NCBI GenBank assembly: GCA_023230905.1
Contig: JALNWL010000001.1
Span: 1-47,676, forward strand
Source: Syntrophales bacterium
GTDB lineage: Bacteria; Desulfobacterota; Syntrophia; Syntrophales; UBA2251
Length of the DNA: 47,676 nucleotides
Direction of reading: 5' to 3'
Below, piece after piece: positions 19,440 through 27,662 of this stretch; position 1 is the first letter of the stretch; each line of letters opens with the position of its first letter. The notes beneath the pieces are model-generated. The model searched no databases. It was not told the origin of the DNA and saw only the letters and a program-made list of their open reading frames with translations. The position numbers and the translations under genes are program-made.

Positions 19440-19964
19440 ATGAGCGTCATGCGAGCGAAAACGTGGTCCCCTTACGTTGCCGGCGCCTTGGCCGGTCTGC
19501 TGCTGGTCCTGTCCGTCTTCCTCACGGGGAAGTACTTCGGGGCCTCGACGACCTTCGTCCGCGCCGCGGGGTTTGTCGAGCAGTCCGTCGCGCCGGAAAA
19601 AGTGGCCGGCATGGAGTATTTCCTCAAGGAGAAGGCAAAGCTCGACTGGCAGGGAATGTTTGTCCTGGCGGTTCTCTTCGGTTCTCTCGCGGCGGCCTCG
19701 CTGTCCGGTGACCGGCGGGCGGTCCCGGTACCCGCGATGTGGGAGGCGCGCTTCGGGGCTTCCCGCGTCCGCCGCTGGACGCTGGCGTTCCTCGGCGGCG
19801 TGATCGTGATGTTCGGCGCGCGTCTCGCGGACGGGTGACCGAGCGGTCACGGTCTGAGCGGTCTGGCTCAGATAGCCATCAGCGGGTACATCTCTCTCGT
19901 CTGTTTCTTCCTGGCCGGCATTGTCGTGGCCAGAATCCTGTATGGAGGAGGTCAACGGCCATGA
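19440..19964 (+). CDS. YeeE/YedE-family sulfur-transport half-protein with predicted selenocysteine (UGA 19836-19838, residue 133)
   Basis: AAAGGAGG RBS then ATG 19440. The family motif G-C-x-S-G-H-G-x-x-G reads ADG-TGA-PSGHGLSG. The frame stays open for 41 more hydrophobic codons to TGA 19962-19964, which overlaps ATG 19961 of the partner gene. A GGUC-loop hairpin lies downstream. Confidence 0.75.
19853..19872 (+). promoter_or_regulatory. candidate bacterial SECIS hairpin
   Basis: UCUGAGC (19853-19859), loop GGUCUG, GCUCAGA (19866-19872). The stem starts 14 nt and the GGUC 21 nt after the UGA, comparable to the E. coli fdhF SECIS apex (GGUC). Confidence 0.6.
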
Positions 19965-20488
19965 ACGAACTTCTGACCGGCGCCGTCACGGGCCTTCTCT
20001 TCGGATTCATCATGCAGAAGGCCCAGGTCATCCGTTACGATCGTCAGTTGGGCGCCTTGCGCCTGCAGGACATGACCATCGTCAAATTCATGCTGAGCAC
20101 CATCCTGGTCGCCATGGTGGGGATCTACCTGCTTTTCGACCTGGGGATGGTGAAACTCTCCATCAAGTCCACGATCCTGGGGGCAAACATCGTGGGCGGC
20201 CTGATCTTCGGTATCGGCTGGGGCCTGGTGGGCTATTGCCCGGCCACGGCCATGGCGGCCTTGGGCGAGGGGCGCTACGACAGTCTCTTCGGGCTTCTGG
20301 GAATGCTGCTCGGAGCGGGCCTCTTCGCCGAGGCGTACCCGTTCCTCAAGGCGACCGTGCTCACCTGGGGAAACTTCGGCAAGATCAGCATCCCGGCGGC
20401 CCTGGGTGTCAACCACTGGATCGTGATCGTCATCCTGGTCGCGGCCTTTGTCGGACTTTTCTACTGGTTCGAGAAGAAGGGGCTATAG
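19961..20488 (+). CDS. YeeE/YedE-family sulfur-transport half-protein (partner subunit)
   Basis: GIGWGLVGYCPATA motif (GyCPg type), 5-6 helices, GGAGGAGG RBS at 19944-19951. Confidence 0.8.
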   Translation: MNELLTGAVTGLLFGFIMQKAQVIRYDRQLGALRLQDMTIVKFMLSTILVAMVGIYLLFDLGMVKLSIKSTILGANIVGGLIFGIGWGLVGYCPATAMAALGEGRYDSLFGLLGMLLGAGLFAEAYPFLKATVLTWGNFGKISIPAALGVNHWIVIVILVAAFVGLFYWFEKKGL

Positions 20489-20494
20489 GATCTG

Positions 20495-20535
20495 CCGGTC
20501 GGCGGAACCGTCGTTGCAACCGTTCCGCCGACCGG
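20495..20535. terminator. 14-bp-stem hairpin between convergent genes
   Basis: CCGGTCGGCGGAAC (20495-20508) pairs with GTTCCGCCGACCGG (20522-20535), followed by ACCGTTTTA. Confidence 0.6.
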
Positions 20536-20541
20536 ACCGTT

Positions 20542-21972
20542 TTATCGATTCTTCGGATCCCTCGGGTCTCCCTTGTAACCCAGGGCCTTCCAGTCAAACC
20601 GTCCGTTCTCGCCGTGGCAATCGCCGCACTTCAGCGAGCGGTCCCTGGAAACCACCATGTGGTGCACAGGCCAGATCATGGTGGTTTCCACGAAGCCGAA
20701 CCGGCCGCTGTACGGCTGTCCGGCGGCCTTCATCCCGCTGGCAATGGCGCGGTCCCAGTCATACTTCTGCCAATAGGCGTCACTGCCCGGAGGGCCGAAA
20801 ACCCGCACGTAGGCGATGGTGTTGTTCCCTCTGTCGTAGGCCTGCTTCCCCCTCATGATCTTGAACGGGTAGATCTTGGAATGGGGATCGTTGCGGCCGC
20901 CCGTGACGTGCGTCAGCTTCACCGCTTTGGTCGGATCGATCTTGTCGCCGGCATGGTAGCGTTCAATGTTTCCGTTGAACCACAGGTAGGTGGGCATTAC
21001 GTCCTTATCCCACTTGAAGTCTCCTTTCATCTTGTCGTAGAGCTTCATGCCGTACTGGTCCTTCGGGATATCCTCCGCCTTGATGTCCTTCCCCGCCGTG
21101 GACCAGTCCCACCAGGTCTTGGTCGGCCGGGCCTTGGCGAAGGTAGGGATATGGCAGCTCTGGCAGGCCACCCTCTCGGTGTGCTTGTTCACCAGGAAGT
21201 TCCGGTGCACATTGCCCGTGTGACAATCGACGCAGTCGATGTGGCTCGGGTGGGTGTGGGTGAGGGTGACGGAGGCCGCTTCCCCCTTGAGGAAGTGGTC
21301 CTTGGCCTGATGGCACGCCTGGCAGGTCATCTTGCTCTTGCCCCCCATGTGGATGTCGATCTCGGGGGAAGGATGGGCCATGGAGGTGTCCAAGTCTCCG
21401 TGCTTGACGTGATCCCCCCCGCCACCGTAGAAGTGGCAGGCCCCACAGGTCGTGCGGCTCGTCGGGCCGACGGACTGGGCCACTTTCAAAAGGTCGGCGG
21501 GCGGCCATGGCGTGCCCTTGGGGAACTCCCTGGCTTCTCCCGCGTAGGCCGGGTGGCCCGCCGCGGTCGGAAATTTCTTGTAGGCACCGGTCGTGTCGTG
21601 GCAGACTAGGCAATCGACGTTTTCCGCCTTGCTGAAGTCGAAACTCTCATCCTTGAAGCCGTAGCCGGCGTGGCAACTGGTGCATCGCGGCCAGTTCCCG
21701 GGCAGCCCGATGCAGAAGTTGTTCAGCGCGTTCAGCTTGCCGATGTTGACCGTTTTCCCTTTCCATTTCTGTTCTTTTGTCCAAGTCCAGTGGACGGTTT
21801 TCATGAAGTCCCGGGTTTCCTTCTCATGACACTCGATACACTTTTTTGTGACTTCGGGTCCGCTCTTGAAGGGGCCCTTGCCGACCAGTTCGACATGGCC
21901 GGCCAAGGCCGCCGATGCCAAGACGATTCCGGAAAGCAATGAGAATGCGACAGCCCATCGGGACGTCCTCAT
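20542..21972 (-). CDS. octahaem c-type cytochrome, tetrathionate-reductase (OTR) family
   Basis: Eight CXXCH motifs (CIECH, CTSCH, CLVCH, CGACH, CQACH, CVDCH, CQSCH, CGDCH). Signal peptide MRTSRWAVAFSLLSGIVLASAALA. GGAAGGAGGG RBS 7 nt before ATG 21972; the longer track ORF is not needed. Confidence 0.8.
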   Translation of the reverse strand: MRTSRWAVAFSLLSGIVLASAALAGHVELVGKGPFKSGPEVTKKCIECHEKETRDFMKTVHWTWTKEQKWKGKTVNIGKLNALNNFCIGLPGNWPRCTSCHAGYGFKDESFDFSKAENVDCLVCHDTTGAYKKFPTAAGHPAYAGEAREFPKGTPWPPADLLKVAQSVGPTSRTTCGACHFYGGGGDHVKHGDLDTSMAHPSPEIDIHMGGKSKMTCQACHQAKDHFLKGEAASVTLTHTHPSHIDCVDCHTGNVHRNFLVNKHTERVACQSCHIPTFAKARPTKTWWDWSTAGKDIKAEDIPKDQYGMKLYDKMKGDFKWDKDVMPTYLWFNGNIERYHAGDKIDPTKAVKLTHVTGGRNDPHSKIYPFKIMRGKQAYDRGNNTIAYVRVFGPPGSDAYWQKYDWDRAIASGMKAAGQPYSGRFGFVETTMIWPVHHMVVSRDRSLKCGDCHGENGRFDWKALGYKGDPRDPKNR

Positions 21973-22300
21973 AAAGACCCTCCTTCCGTTCATCGTTTCT
22001 CGAGAAGAATGACCCTGCTGGGTGTTGATCATAGAGAATCGACTGAGGGAAGTCAATCCGAAAATATCAGCTATTCCGGAGTCCTTCATCCAAACCGGCG
22101 GCGATCGTCGCCCAGAACGGGCGTTCCCCCGGCGGTTTTCTCCGGATTTTCTCCCGAAAGCCCCACACCGTCTTTTGTTCTCTCGTCATGCTGAAGGGCT
22201 TTTTCCGTTTGACATCCCCATCCCCCATACCTTAAGGTCTGAACGCCAAAAAACAAGCGTTGACCCGACAACGATCCGACTTTTTGAAAGGAGTCAAGCC

Positions 22301-22648
22301 ATGAAGAAATTCGCCTTGTTCGTATTCAAAGGAGATCCCCTGTGCTTCATCCACGTGCTCTTGAACGCCATGGATATGAAAGCCAAAGGGCATGAGGCGA
22401 AAATCATCCTCGAAGGCGCCGCGGTCAAACTGGTGCCCGAACTTGTGAAAGCTAACAATCCGCTGAATGGATTGTGGAAAAAGAGTCTCGACGCCGGCTT
22501 GGTTGAAGGCGTCTGCAAAGCCTGTTCGAACAAACTGGGAACCCTCGAGGCCGCCAAAGCGCAAGACTTGACCCTTCTTGACGATATGTCCGGTCATCCC
22601 GGCATGGCATCGTACCGGGATAAGGGATACGAAATCATTTCCTTCTGA
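22301..22648 (+). CDS. small DsrE-like (DsrE/DsrF fold) protein
   Basis: 115 aa. GAAAGGAG RBS. Conserved-looking blocks FVFKGDPLCFIHVLLNA and GVCKACSNKLG. Family assignment is from memory. Confidence 0.55.
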   Translation: MKKFALFVFKGDPLCFIHVLLNAMDMKAKGHEAKIILEGAAVKLVPELVKANNPLNGLWKKSLDAGLVEGVCKACSNKLGTLEAAKAQDLTLLDDMSGHPGMASYRDKGYEIISF

Positions 22649-22703
22649 TCCGCGGTGAAGCTTGCGTGTTCGGGTTTGACCCCGTTTGGATCTGCACGGG
22701 CAC

Positions 22704-22728
22704 CCCGCCGGAGGGTATGGCCGGCGGG
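22704..22728. terminator. hairpin between convergent genes
   Basis: CCCGCCGG (22704-22711) pairs with CCGGCGGG (22721-22728). No clear U-tract on either strand. Confidence 0.3.
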
Positions 22729-22742
22729 AAAAGCGGACGAGA

Positions 22743-24827
22743 TCACGTGCGCGGGCCGAGCAGGCGACAGGGCAGGCCCTTCAGGTTGGGGGTCCCGAAC
22801 TCCCGGCCCAGTTTTTCCACGGACGTCAGCAGGTTGACATTCGCTTCCCCCCAGTCGTACTGGCGGGCGGGGTCGCCCTCCGGGAACCACCATCCCGGGG
22901 AGGCGCAGATCACCCTGGGATCGAGGCCGTCGGTGAGCCGGGCGCGCTGGGTCATCGCACCGTGCCTCGTCTCGATGACAACCCTCTCCCCGTCGCCGAT
23001 GCCGTGGCGGGCGGCCGTTTCGGGGTGGATCTCCACCGTCGGATGGGGCCGTCTTTCCCTGAGTCTTCGTATCCAGCGGTAGGATGAGTGCAAAAAATAG
23101 CGGCTCTTGGCGCTGATCAGGAGCAGCGGATAATCCGGATCGTCCTCCTCGGGAAATCCCGAAAATTCGGGCAGGGCCGTAAGCCCGAACTTCCCCGCGG
23201 TGCTCAGGCGCAGCTCCACCTTCCCCGTCGGCGTCGAAAATCCCTTCTCTTCGTAGGCTCGGAAGCGGTCCGGCCCCTTGAGGTATCCCCTCTCCACGAA
23301 CTGCCGGTAGGTCAGTCCCGCCGGGCGGACGACGTCCTCCAGAAACGCTTCGTGGTCCTCTGGCCACAGCTCGGGGGAGGAGACGCGTTTTCCCAATTCG
23401 TTCAGGATTTTCATGTCCGGCCAGCAGCCCTCGGGCGGCTCGACGATCTTGGGACGGGCGAAGATCACGCCGTGGCCGAGACCGTAGTGCCCGATGTCGT
23501 TCATCTCGTACTGGTGGGCGACGGGCAGGACGATGTCCGCCATGGCCGCCGTCGGCGTCATGAAGAGATCGGCAACGGCCACGAAGTCGAGGCGTTTGAA
23601 GGTCTCGAAGGTGCGCCGGCTGTCCGCCCAGGCCACCATCGGATTCGTACACATCCCGTAGAAACCCCGGACGGGATAGGGCACGTCCTTAAGAACCGCC
23701 TGGCGGAAGAAGGCCGGGGCGACCGTCATGAGCCGCGGGATGATGCCGTGGTGGGCGCCGATCATCTCCTTGCGCTTGTCCGGAATGAGGTCGGCACGAA
23801 CGAACGGTCCGAGACCCATGATCTTCGGGTCCCGGGCGTTGACGTTGCCCCCGGAGACGTCGAGATTGCCGCAGACGGCCATGAGACAGACAAGCGCGCG
23901 GATCGCGTCGAAGGCGTTGACACTGTGTTCGACGGCATTGCCCCACTGGAGGGCCGCCGGTTTCGCCGCGGCGTACATCCGGGCGGCCCGGCGGATCTGC
24001 TCGGCGGGCACCCAGGTGATCTCCGCCACCCTCTCGGGGGGATACGCCTTCACCTGCCGGACGAGATCTTCAAAACCGTAAGTGTACGTCTCGACAAAGG
24101 CCTTGTCGTACAGGGATTCTTCGCAGATCACGTGGAGCATCCCGAGGGCCAGGGCCGGATCCGTACCGGGCCTGAGCGGGAGCCAAAGGTCGGCCTTCTC
24201 GGCAAGCTCGATCCGCCGGGGATCCACAACGACGAGCTTCGCGCCGCCCTTCACCCGCTCCAGGAGCTGAACGGCGATCTGCCCCTCTTCGTGGGTGGAG
24301 GTGAGATTGCTTCCCCAGAGCAACATCAGTTCGGTCGGATGATGGAGGTCCGCCACGGGGTAAAACCCGCAGGTGTGAACGCCCGTGATCTCCCGGGGGG
24401 CATGGCAGACATCCTGCGAAGCGACAACGTTGGGGGATCCGAAGAGGTTGGCCAGGCGGATTAAAACGAAATGTTCGAGCCCCTTCGGCATGCCGACACC
24501 GAAACCCACGGCCCGGGCGCCGTAGGTCTCCCGGATGCGCCGCAGATTCTCGGCCGTCTCCTCCAGGGCCTGCTCCCAGGAAATGGCCTGCCATTTCCCT
24601 TCGCCTCGCCCGCCCACCCGTTTCAGCGGTTGCTTCAGGCGGTCGGGATGGGTGAGGCGCTCCGCCGACACCCGCCCCTTGAAACAGGTATACCCCCGGT
24701 TCAGGTACCCGTCCGGATCGCCCTCGATCCGGACGATTTCGTTGCCCCGGACCCCGACCCGGAGACCGCAGCCCCCGTGGTCCATGCGCGCACAGTGGGT
24801 TTTCACCCAGCGAAGCTCTTCTGACAT
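22743..24827 (-). CDS. cytoplasmic molybdopterin (bis-MGD) oxidoreductase, DMSO-reductase superfamily, substrate unknown
   Basis: About 695 aa with family-typical blocks (GSNLTSTHEEG, LVVVDPR, C-terminal barrel). No Tat signal. ATG 24827 is preferred; the track start 24851 is a GTG. Confidence 0.8.
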   Translation of the reverse strand: MSEELRWVKTHCARMDHGGCGLRVGVRGNEIVRIEGDPDGYLNRGYTCFKGRVSAERLTHPDRLKQPLKRVGGRGEGKWQAISWEQALEETAENLRRIRETYGARAVGFGVGMPKGLEHFVLIRLANLFGSPNVVASQDVCHAPREITGVHTCGFYPVADLHHPTELMLLWGSNLTSTHEEGQIAVQLLERVKGGAKLVVVDPRRIELAEKADLWLPLRPGTDPALALGMLHVICEESLYDKAFVETYTYGFEDLVRQVKAYPPERVAEITWVPAEQIRRAARMYAAAKPAALQWGNAVEHSVNAFDAIRALVCLMAVCGNLDVSGGNVNARDPKIMGLGPFVRADLIPDKRKEMIGAHHGIIPRLMTVAPAFFRQAVLKDVPYPVRGFYGMCTNPMVAWADSRRTFETFKRLDFVAVADLFMTPTAAMADIVLPVAHQYEMNDIGHYGLGHGVIFARPKIVEPPEGCWPDMKILNELGKRVSSPELWPEDHEAFLEDVVRPAGLTYRQFVERGYLKGPDRFRAYEEKGFSTPTGKVELRLSTAGKFGLTALPEFSGFPEEDDPDYPLLLISAKSRYFLHSSYRWIRRLRERRPHPTVEIHPETAARHGIGDGERVVIETRHGAMTQRARLTDGLDPRVICASPGWWFPEGDPARQYDWGEANVNLLTSVEKLGREFGTPNLKGLPCRLLGPRT

Positions 24828-24951
24828 CTCTCTCGAACAGTCGGTATCCACGGCGGTCTCGGCCCGGATGCCAAGCCAATCCTTGCCCTTGAACAGCCGG
24901 CCCAGGGCGTACCCGGGACGTCGACAGGCTGACCGGGCTGCAGGGGCCGCC

Positions 24952-25947
24952 TCAGGCGGCGAAGGTCAGTTTCGTCCCCGACATGTTCAGGATGAACTGC
25001 TCCGGCATGGTGTTCTCCATATAGAGGATCGCCTTCCGCCCGGTGCAGTGCGTCGGGATGACGTAATCGGGGGCGAGCTTCCGGAGCTCCTCCGTCGTCC
25101 GGCCGACGATCGGCTCGAAAAACGGTCCGGACAGGTGGAACCCGCCCATGACGACGTGCACCTTCTCGATCCCCGTTACGTTCTGCGCGTGGCGGACCGT
25201 GTTGACGACGCCCGAATGGGCGCAGCCGGACAGGACGATCAGGCCCTTCCCCTTCAGATTCATGACCACCGCGGTGTCGTCCTCGATCGGGTCCCACTTC
25301 TCCACGGCATCCTCCTGGAAAAAGGCGATCGGGAAGCCCTTCTCGAAATCCGTCACCCGCTCGATCTCCCCAAGAAAGCCGACATCGCCGTCCAGGAGCG
25401 TGACGGGCGCCTTCGTCTCGACGACGTTCACGCCGGCCTGTTCCAGGCTTTCCCGGGTAATGGTGGGAAAGTCGAACTTGAGCCCCTCGCCGTACTTCAC
25501 GTAGCGGGGGGTCTTGAAGATCCCCGGGTGGACGTAGAAGGGCAGGCCCTTCTTCCCGATCATCGCCGTGAGCGCGGCAAAGCCGCCCATGTGGTCGCTG
25601 TGGCCGTGGGAGAGCGCCAGGGCCTCCACCTGCGTGAGGTCGGCGTTCAGGGCGCGGGCGTTATAGGCGGCCCCCTCCTCGGAATAGCCGAAATCGAAGA
25701 GCAGCGTGCGGGTCTTCCCGGCGGCGGTTGTCTTCACGAGGGCGGAAAATCCGTGCTCCGCCAGGATGGAGTTCCGGATCTGCCCCTCCTTGATGGCCAT
25801 CGCCCGCTGTACGACGGCGCTGTTGTCCATCATCGTGATGTCGATGGTGTTGTCCTGCAGGGTCAGGATCTCCACCCGGTCCAAGGCATTCAAGGCAATC
25901 TTCTTCAAAATGTTGGTCTCCCTTCTTTCGTTGAAAATGGATGACAT
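24952..25947 (-). CDS. MBL-fold metallo-hydrolase
   Basis: HGHSDH (HxHxDH) motif with later conserved CAH and His. The start abuts the pdaD stop. Confidence 0.8.
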   Translation of the reverse strand: MSSIFNERRETNILKKIALNALDRVEILTLQDNTIDITMMDNSAVVQRAMAIKEGQIRNSILAEHGFSALVKTTAAGKTRTLLFDFGYSEEGAAYNARALNADLTQVEALALSHGHSDHMGGFAALTAMIGKKGLPFYVHPGIFKTPRYVKYGEGLKFDFPTITRESLEQAGVNVVETKAPVTLLDGDVGFLGEIERVTDFEKGFPIAFFQEDAVEKWDPIEDDTAVVMNLKGKGLIVLSGCAHSGVVNTVRHAQNVTGIEKVHVVMGGFHLSGPFFEPIVGRTTEELRKLAPDYVIPTHCTGRKAILYMENTMPEQFILNMSGTKLTFAA

Positions 25948-26487
25948 TCAAAGCACGAACACCACGGCCGCCAGCACGGTCGTGTAGCCTTTGCTCTTCA
26001 CGATGCTCGACTGGGTGATGTTCTTCGTCGCCACGATCTTGCCGCTGATCCGGAAAATCTCCTTCTTTTCGTCCCAGCTCTCGTCCACGTTGAACGCGAT
26101 ACCCAGGGTCGAGGCCAGCATCGCCGCCGCCAGATCCTCCGCGTAATCCCCCGCCTGCCGTTCCGTCTGGCCGAAGGCGTGGTGTTCGCTGATATAACCG
26201 TACGCCTGCCGGTCCTTCGGAATGGCCAGGCCCACGGACGCCGCGAGGAGCCGCCGCGGCTCGTTGCTGCAGCAGCGGCTCATGACGCAATACGTGATGG
26301 CGCCCGGTTTGATCTCCTGCAAGCCCTGCGGCCGGGTGATGAGCCGGCATCCCGGCGGCATGATGCTCGACACCTGGACCAGGTTGCACTTTTCGATTCC
26401 CGCGTCGCGGAGGGCCAACTCGAAGGAGTGAAGCTCCTCCCGGTGGCTCCCGACGCCCTTGGTCAGAAAGATTCTCTTCGGCACCAT
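25948..26487 (-). CDS. pdaD: pyruvoyl-dependent arginine decarboxylase
   Basis: 179 aa with LVQVSSIMPPG self-cleavage site context. GGAGTGGAGAAG RBS before ATG 26487. Confidence 0.8.
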   Translation of the reverse strand: MVPKRIFLTKGVGSHREELHSFELALRDAGIEKCNLVQVSSIMPPGCRLITRPQGLQEIKPGAITYCVMSRCCSNEPRRLLAASVGLAIPKDRQAYGYISEHHAFGQTERQAGDYAEDLAAAMLASTLGIAFNVDESWDEKKEIFRISGKIVATKNITQSSIVKSKGYTTVLAAVVFVL

Positions 26488-26516
26488 GGTTCGCTTCTCC
26501 ACTCCCTGCGTCTTCG

Positions 26517-26963
26517 TCACCGCGCCGCATCCGGCCGCGCCCTTCCTACGGGACCGCGCTTTTCTTGCCATTCCTCGACAGCCCACCGGAGCGTCAACGA
26601 GGCCAGATAAGCGCAATGTTCGTGATCCTCCGGCATGCCCCCGAGCTCGGCCAGAATCGCGTTTTCGTCGATCTTGAGCGCCTCCGCGACGGTTTTCCCC
26701 TTCGCCAGGGCCACCGCGGCATGGCACGCCGCCCGGCTGAAAAAACATCCGCTCGTCGTGAAGCGGGCCTCCGCGATCACCCCGTCCCGAATCGCCAGGA
26801 ACATCTCGGTCGAATCGCCGCAGAAACCTTCCACCCGGCCGTGGGCGTCCGGGTCGTCCATGATGCCCACGGCCTCGGCGCTATTTCCATAATACAGCAA
26901 CTTCTCCCCGTAACGCGGCTGATCTTCAGTTCTGGCCAGGCCCAGCCTCTCCTCGGCAGACAT
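26517..26963 (-). CDS. NifU-N/IscU-like Fe-S scaffold domain protein
   Basis: Three scaffold Cys in IscU-like contexts (GFCGDS, TSGCFFS, EHCAYLA). ATG 26963 is preferred; an alternative GTG lies at 26978. Confidence 0.7.
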   Translation of the reverse strand: MSAEERLGLARTEDQPRYGEKLLYYGNSAEAVGIMDDPDAHGRVEGFCGDSTEMFLAIRDGVIAEARFTTSGCFFSRAACHAAVALAKGKTVAEALKIDENAILAELGGMPEDHEHCAYLASLTLRWAVEEWQEKRGPVGRARPDAAR

Positions 26964-27053
26964 CAACTCCTCTTCCACGCAACCTCACTCCCGCATCGGC
27001 GCGCACGGGCGGTCTCACCCGTGCGTCGTCTTCATGATTCGCTCTGACCGTTT

Positions 27054-27662
27054 TCAATCGAACGCCATCTTCGTTTTCCAGACTTCCCAGACCTTGCCGA
27101 CGAGTCCCGGACCGGGCTTCAGCGTGAGTTTCCCCGGCTTCCAGCCCGAAGGCATGGCTTCCGTGCCCTTGCTCTTGCGGACGTGCTGGAAGGCCTGGAA
27201 CTGGCGGATCGTTTCGCCCACGTTGCGCCCCACCGGCGGCGTGAGCACCTCGAATCCCTGGATGACGCCGTCGGGATCGATCAGGAACCGTCCCCGGGCC
27301 TCCACGCCCGCATCCTCCAGATAAACGCCGTAGACGGAGCCGACCCGGCCGCCGCCGTCGGACAGCATCGGGAAAGGCACGCCGCCCTTGACCATCCTGG
27401 ACAGCTCATGATCGTTCCACATCTTGTGGACAAAAACGCTGTCCACGCTCATGGAGAGCACCTCGACGCCCAGCTTTTTGAATTCGGGATATTTTTCGGC
27501 GACCGCCGAAATTTCCGTCGCTCAGACAAAGGTGAAGTCCCCGGGGTAGAAACACAGGCTGACCCATTTCCCCAGGAATTCGGACAACTGAACGGAGATG
27601 AACTTTCCCTTGTGGTACGCCGGCGCCGTAAAATCGGGTGCCTTTTTGCCGACCGTAATCAT
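27054..27662 (-). CDS. peroxiredoxin (AhpC/Prx1 type) with selenocysteine replacing the peroxidatic Cys (UGA 27524-27522, residue 47)
   Basis: AAGGAGG RBS 8 nt before ATG 27662. The motif [15 protein letters not shown] corresponds to FYP.DFTFVCPTE. The same frame continues into ORF 27054-27461. A GGUC tetraloop hairpin follows 10 nt later. Confidence 0.85.
27494..27511 (-). promoter_or_regulatory. candidate bacterial SECIS hairpin
   Basis: Minus strand reads UUUCGGC-GGUC-GCCGAAA, a 7-bp stem with a GGUC tetraloop. The loop is 17 nt after the UGA. Confidence 0.7.

Noticed and set aside
19834-19850. Hairpin GUGACCG-AG-CGGUCAC as the SECIS of the YeeE gene
   Set aside because: It includes the UGA itself and has a 2-4 nt loop without the G-U signature. 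The downstream GGUC-loop hairpin at 19853-19872 fits better. This one may be incidental or a competing structure.
20542-21972. Octahaem cytochrome as an MccA-type dissimilatory sulfite reductase
   Set aside because: All eight haem sites are plain CXXCH. I saw no CX15CH site, which is the MccA hallmark, so the OTR family is the better call. Sulfite reduction cannot be excluded biochemically.
22301-22648. Further selenoprotein candidates (DsrE-like protein, OsmC 46320-46805, HdrD-like 619-2232, dsrK, Mo-oxidoreductase), all families known to have Sec forms
   Set aside because: All are uninterrupted ORFs with Cys at the relevant motifs (CKAC, LAGCM, CCGGG). There is no in-frame TGA with downstream coding continuity.
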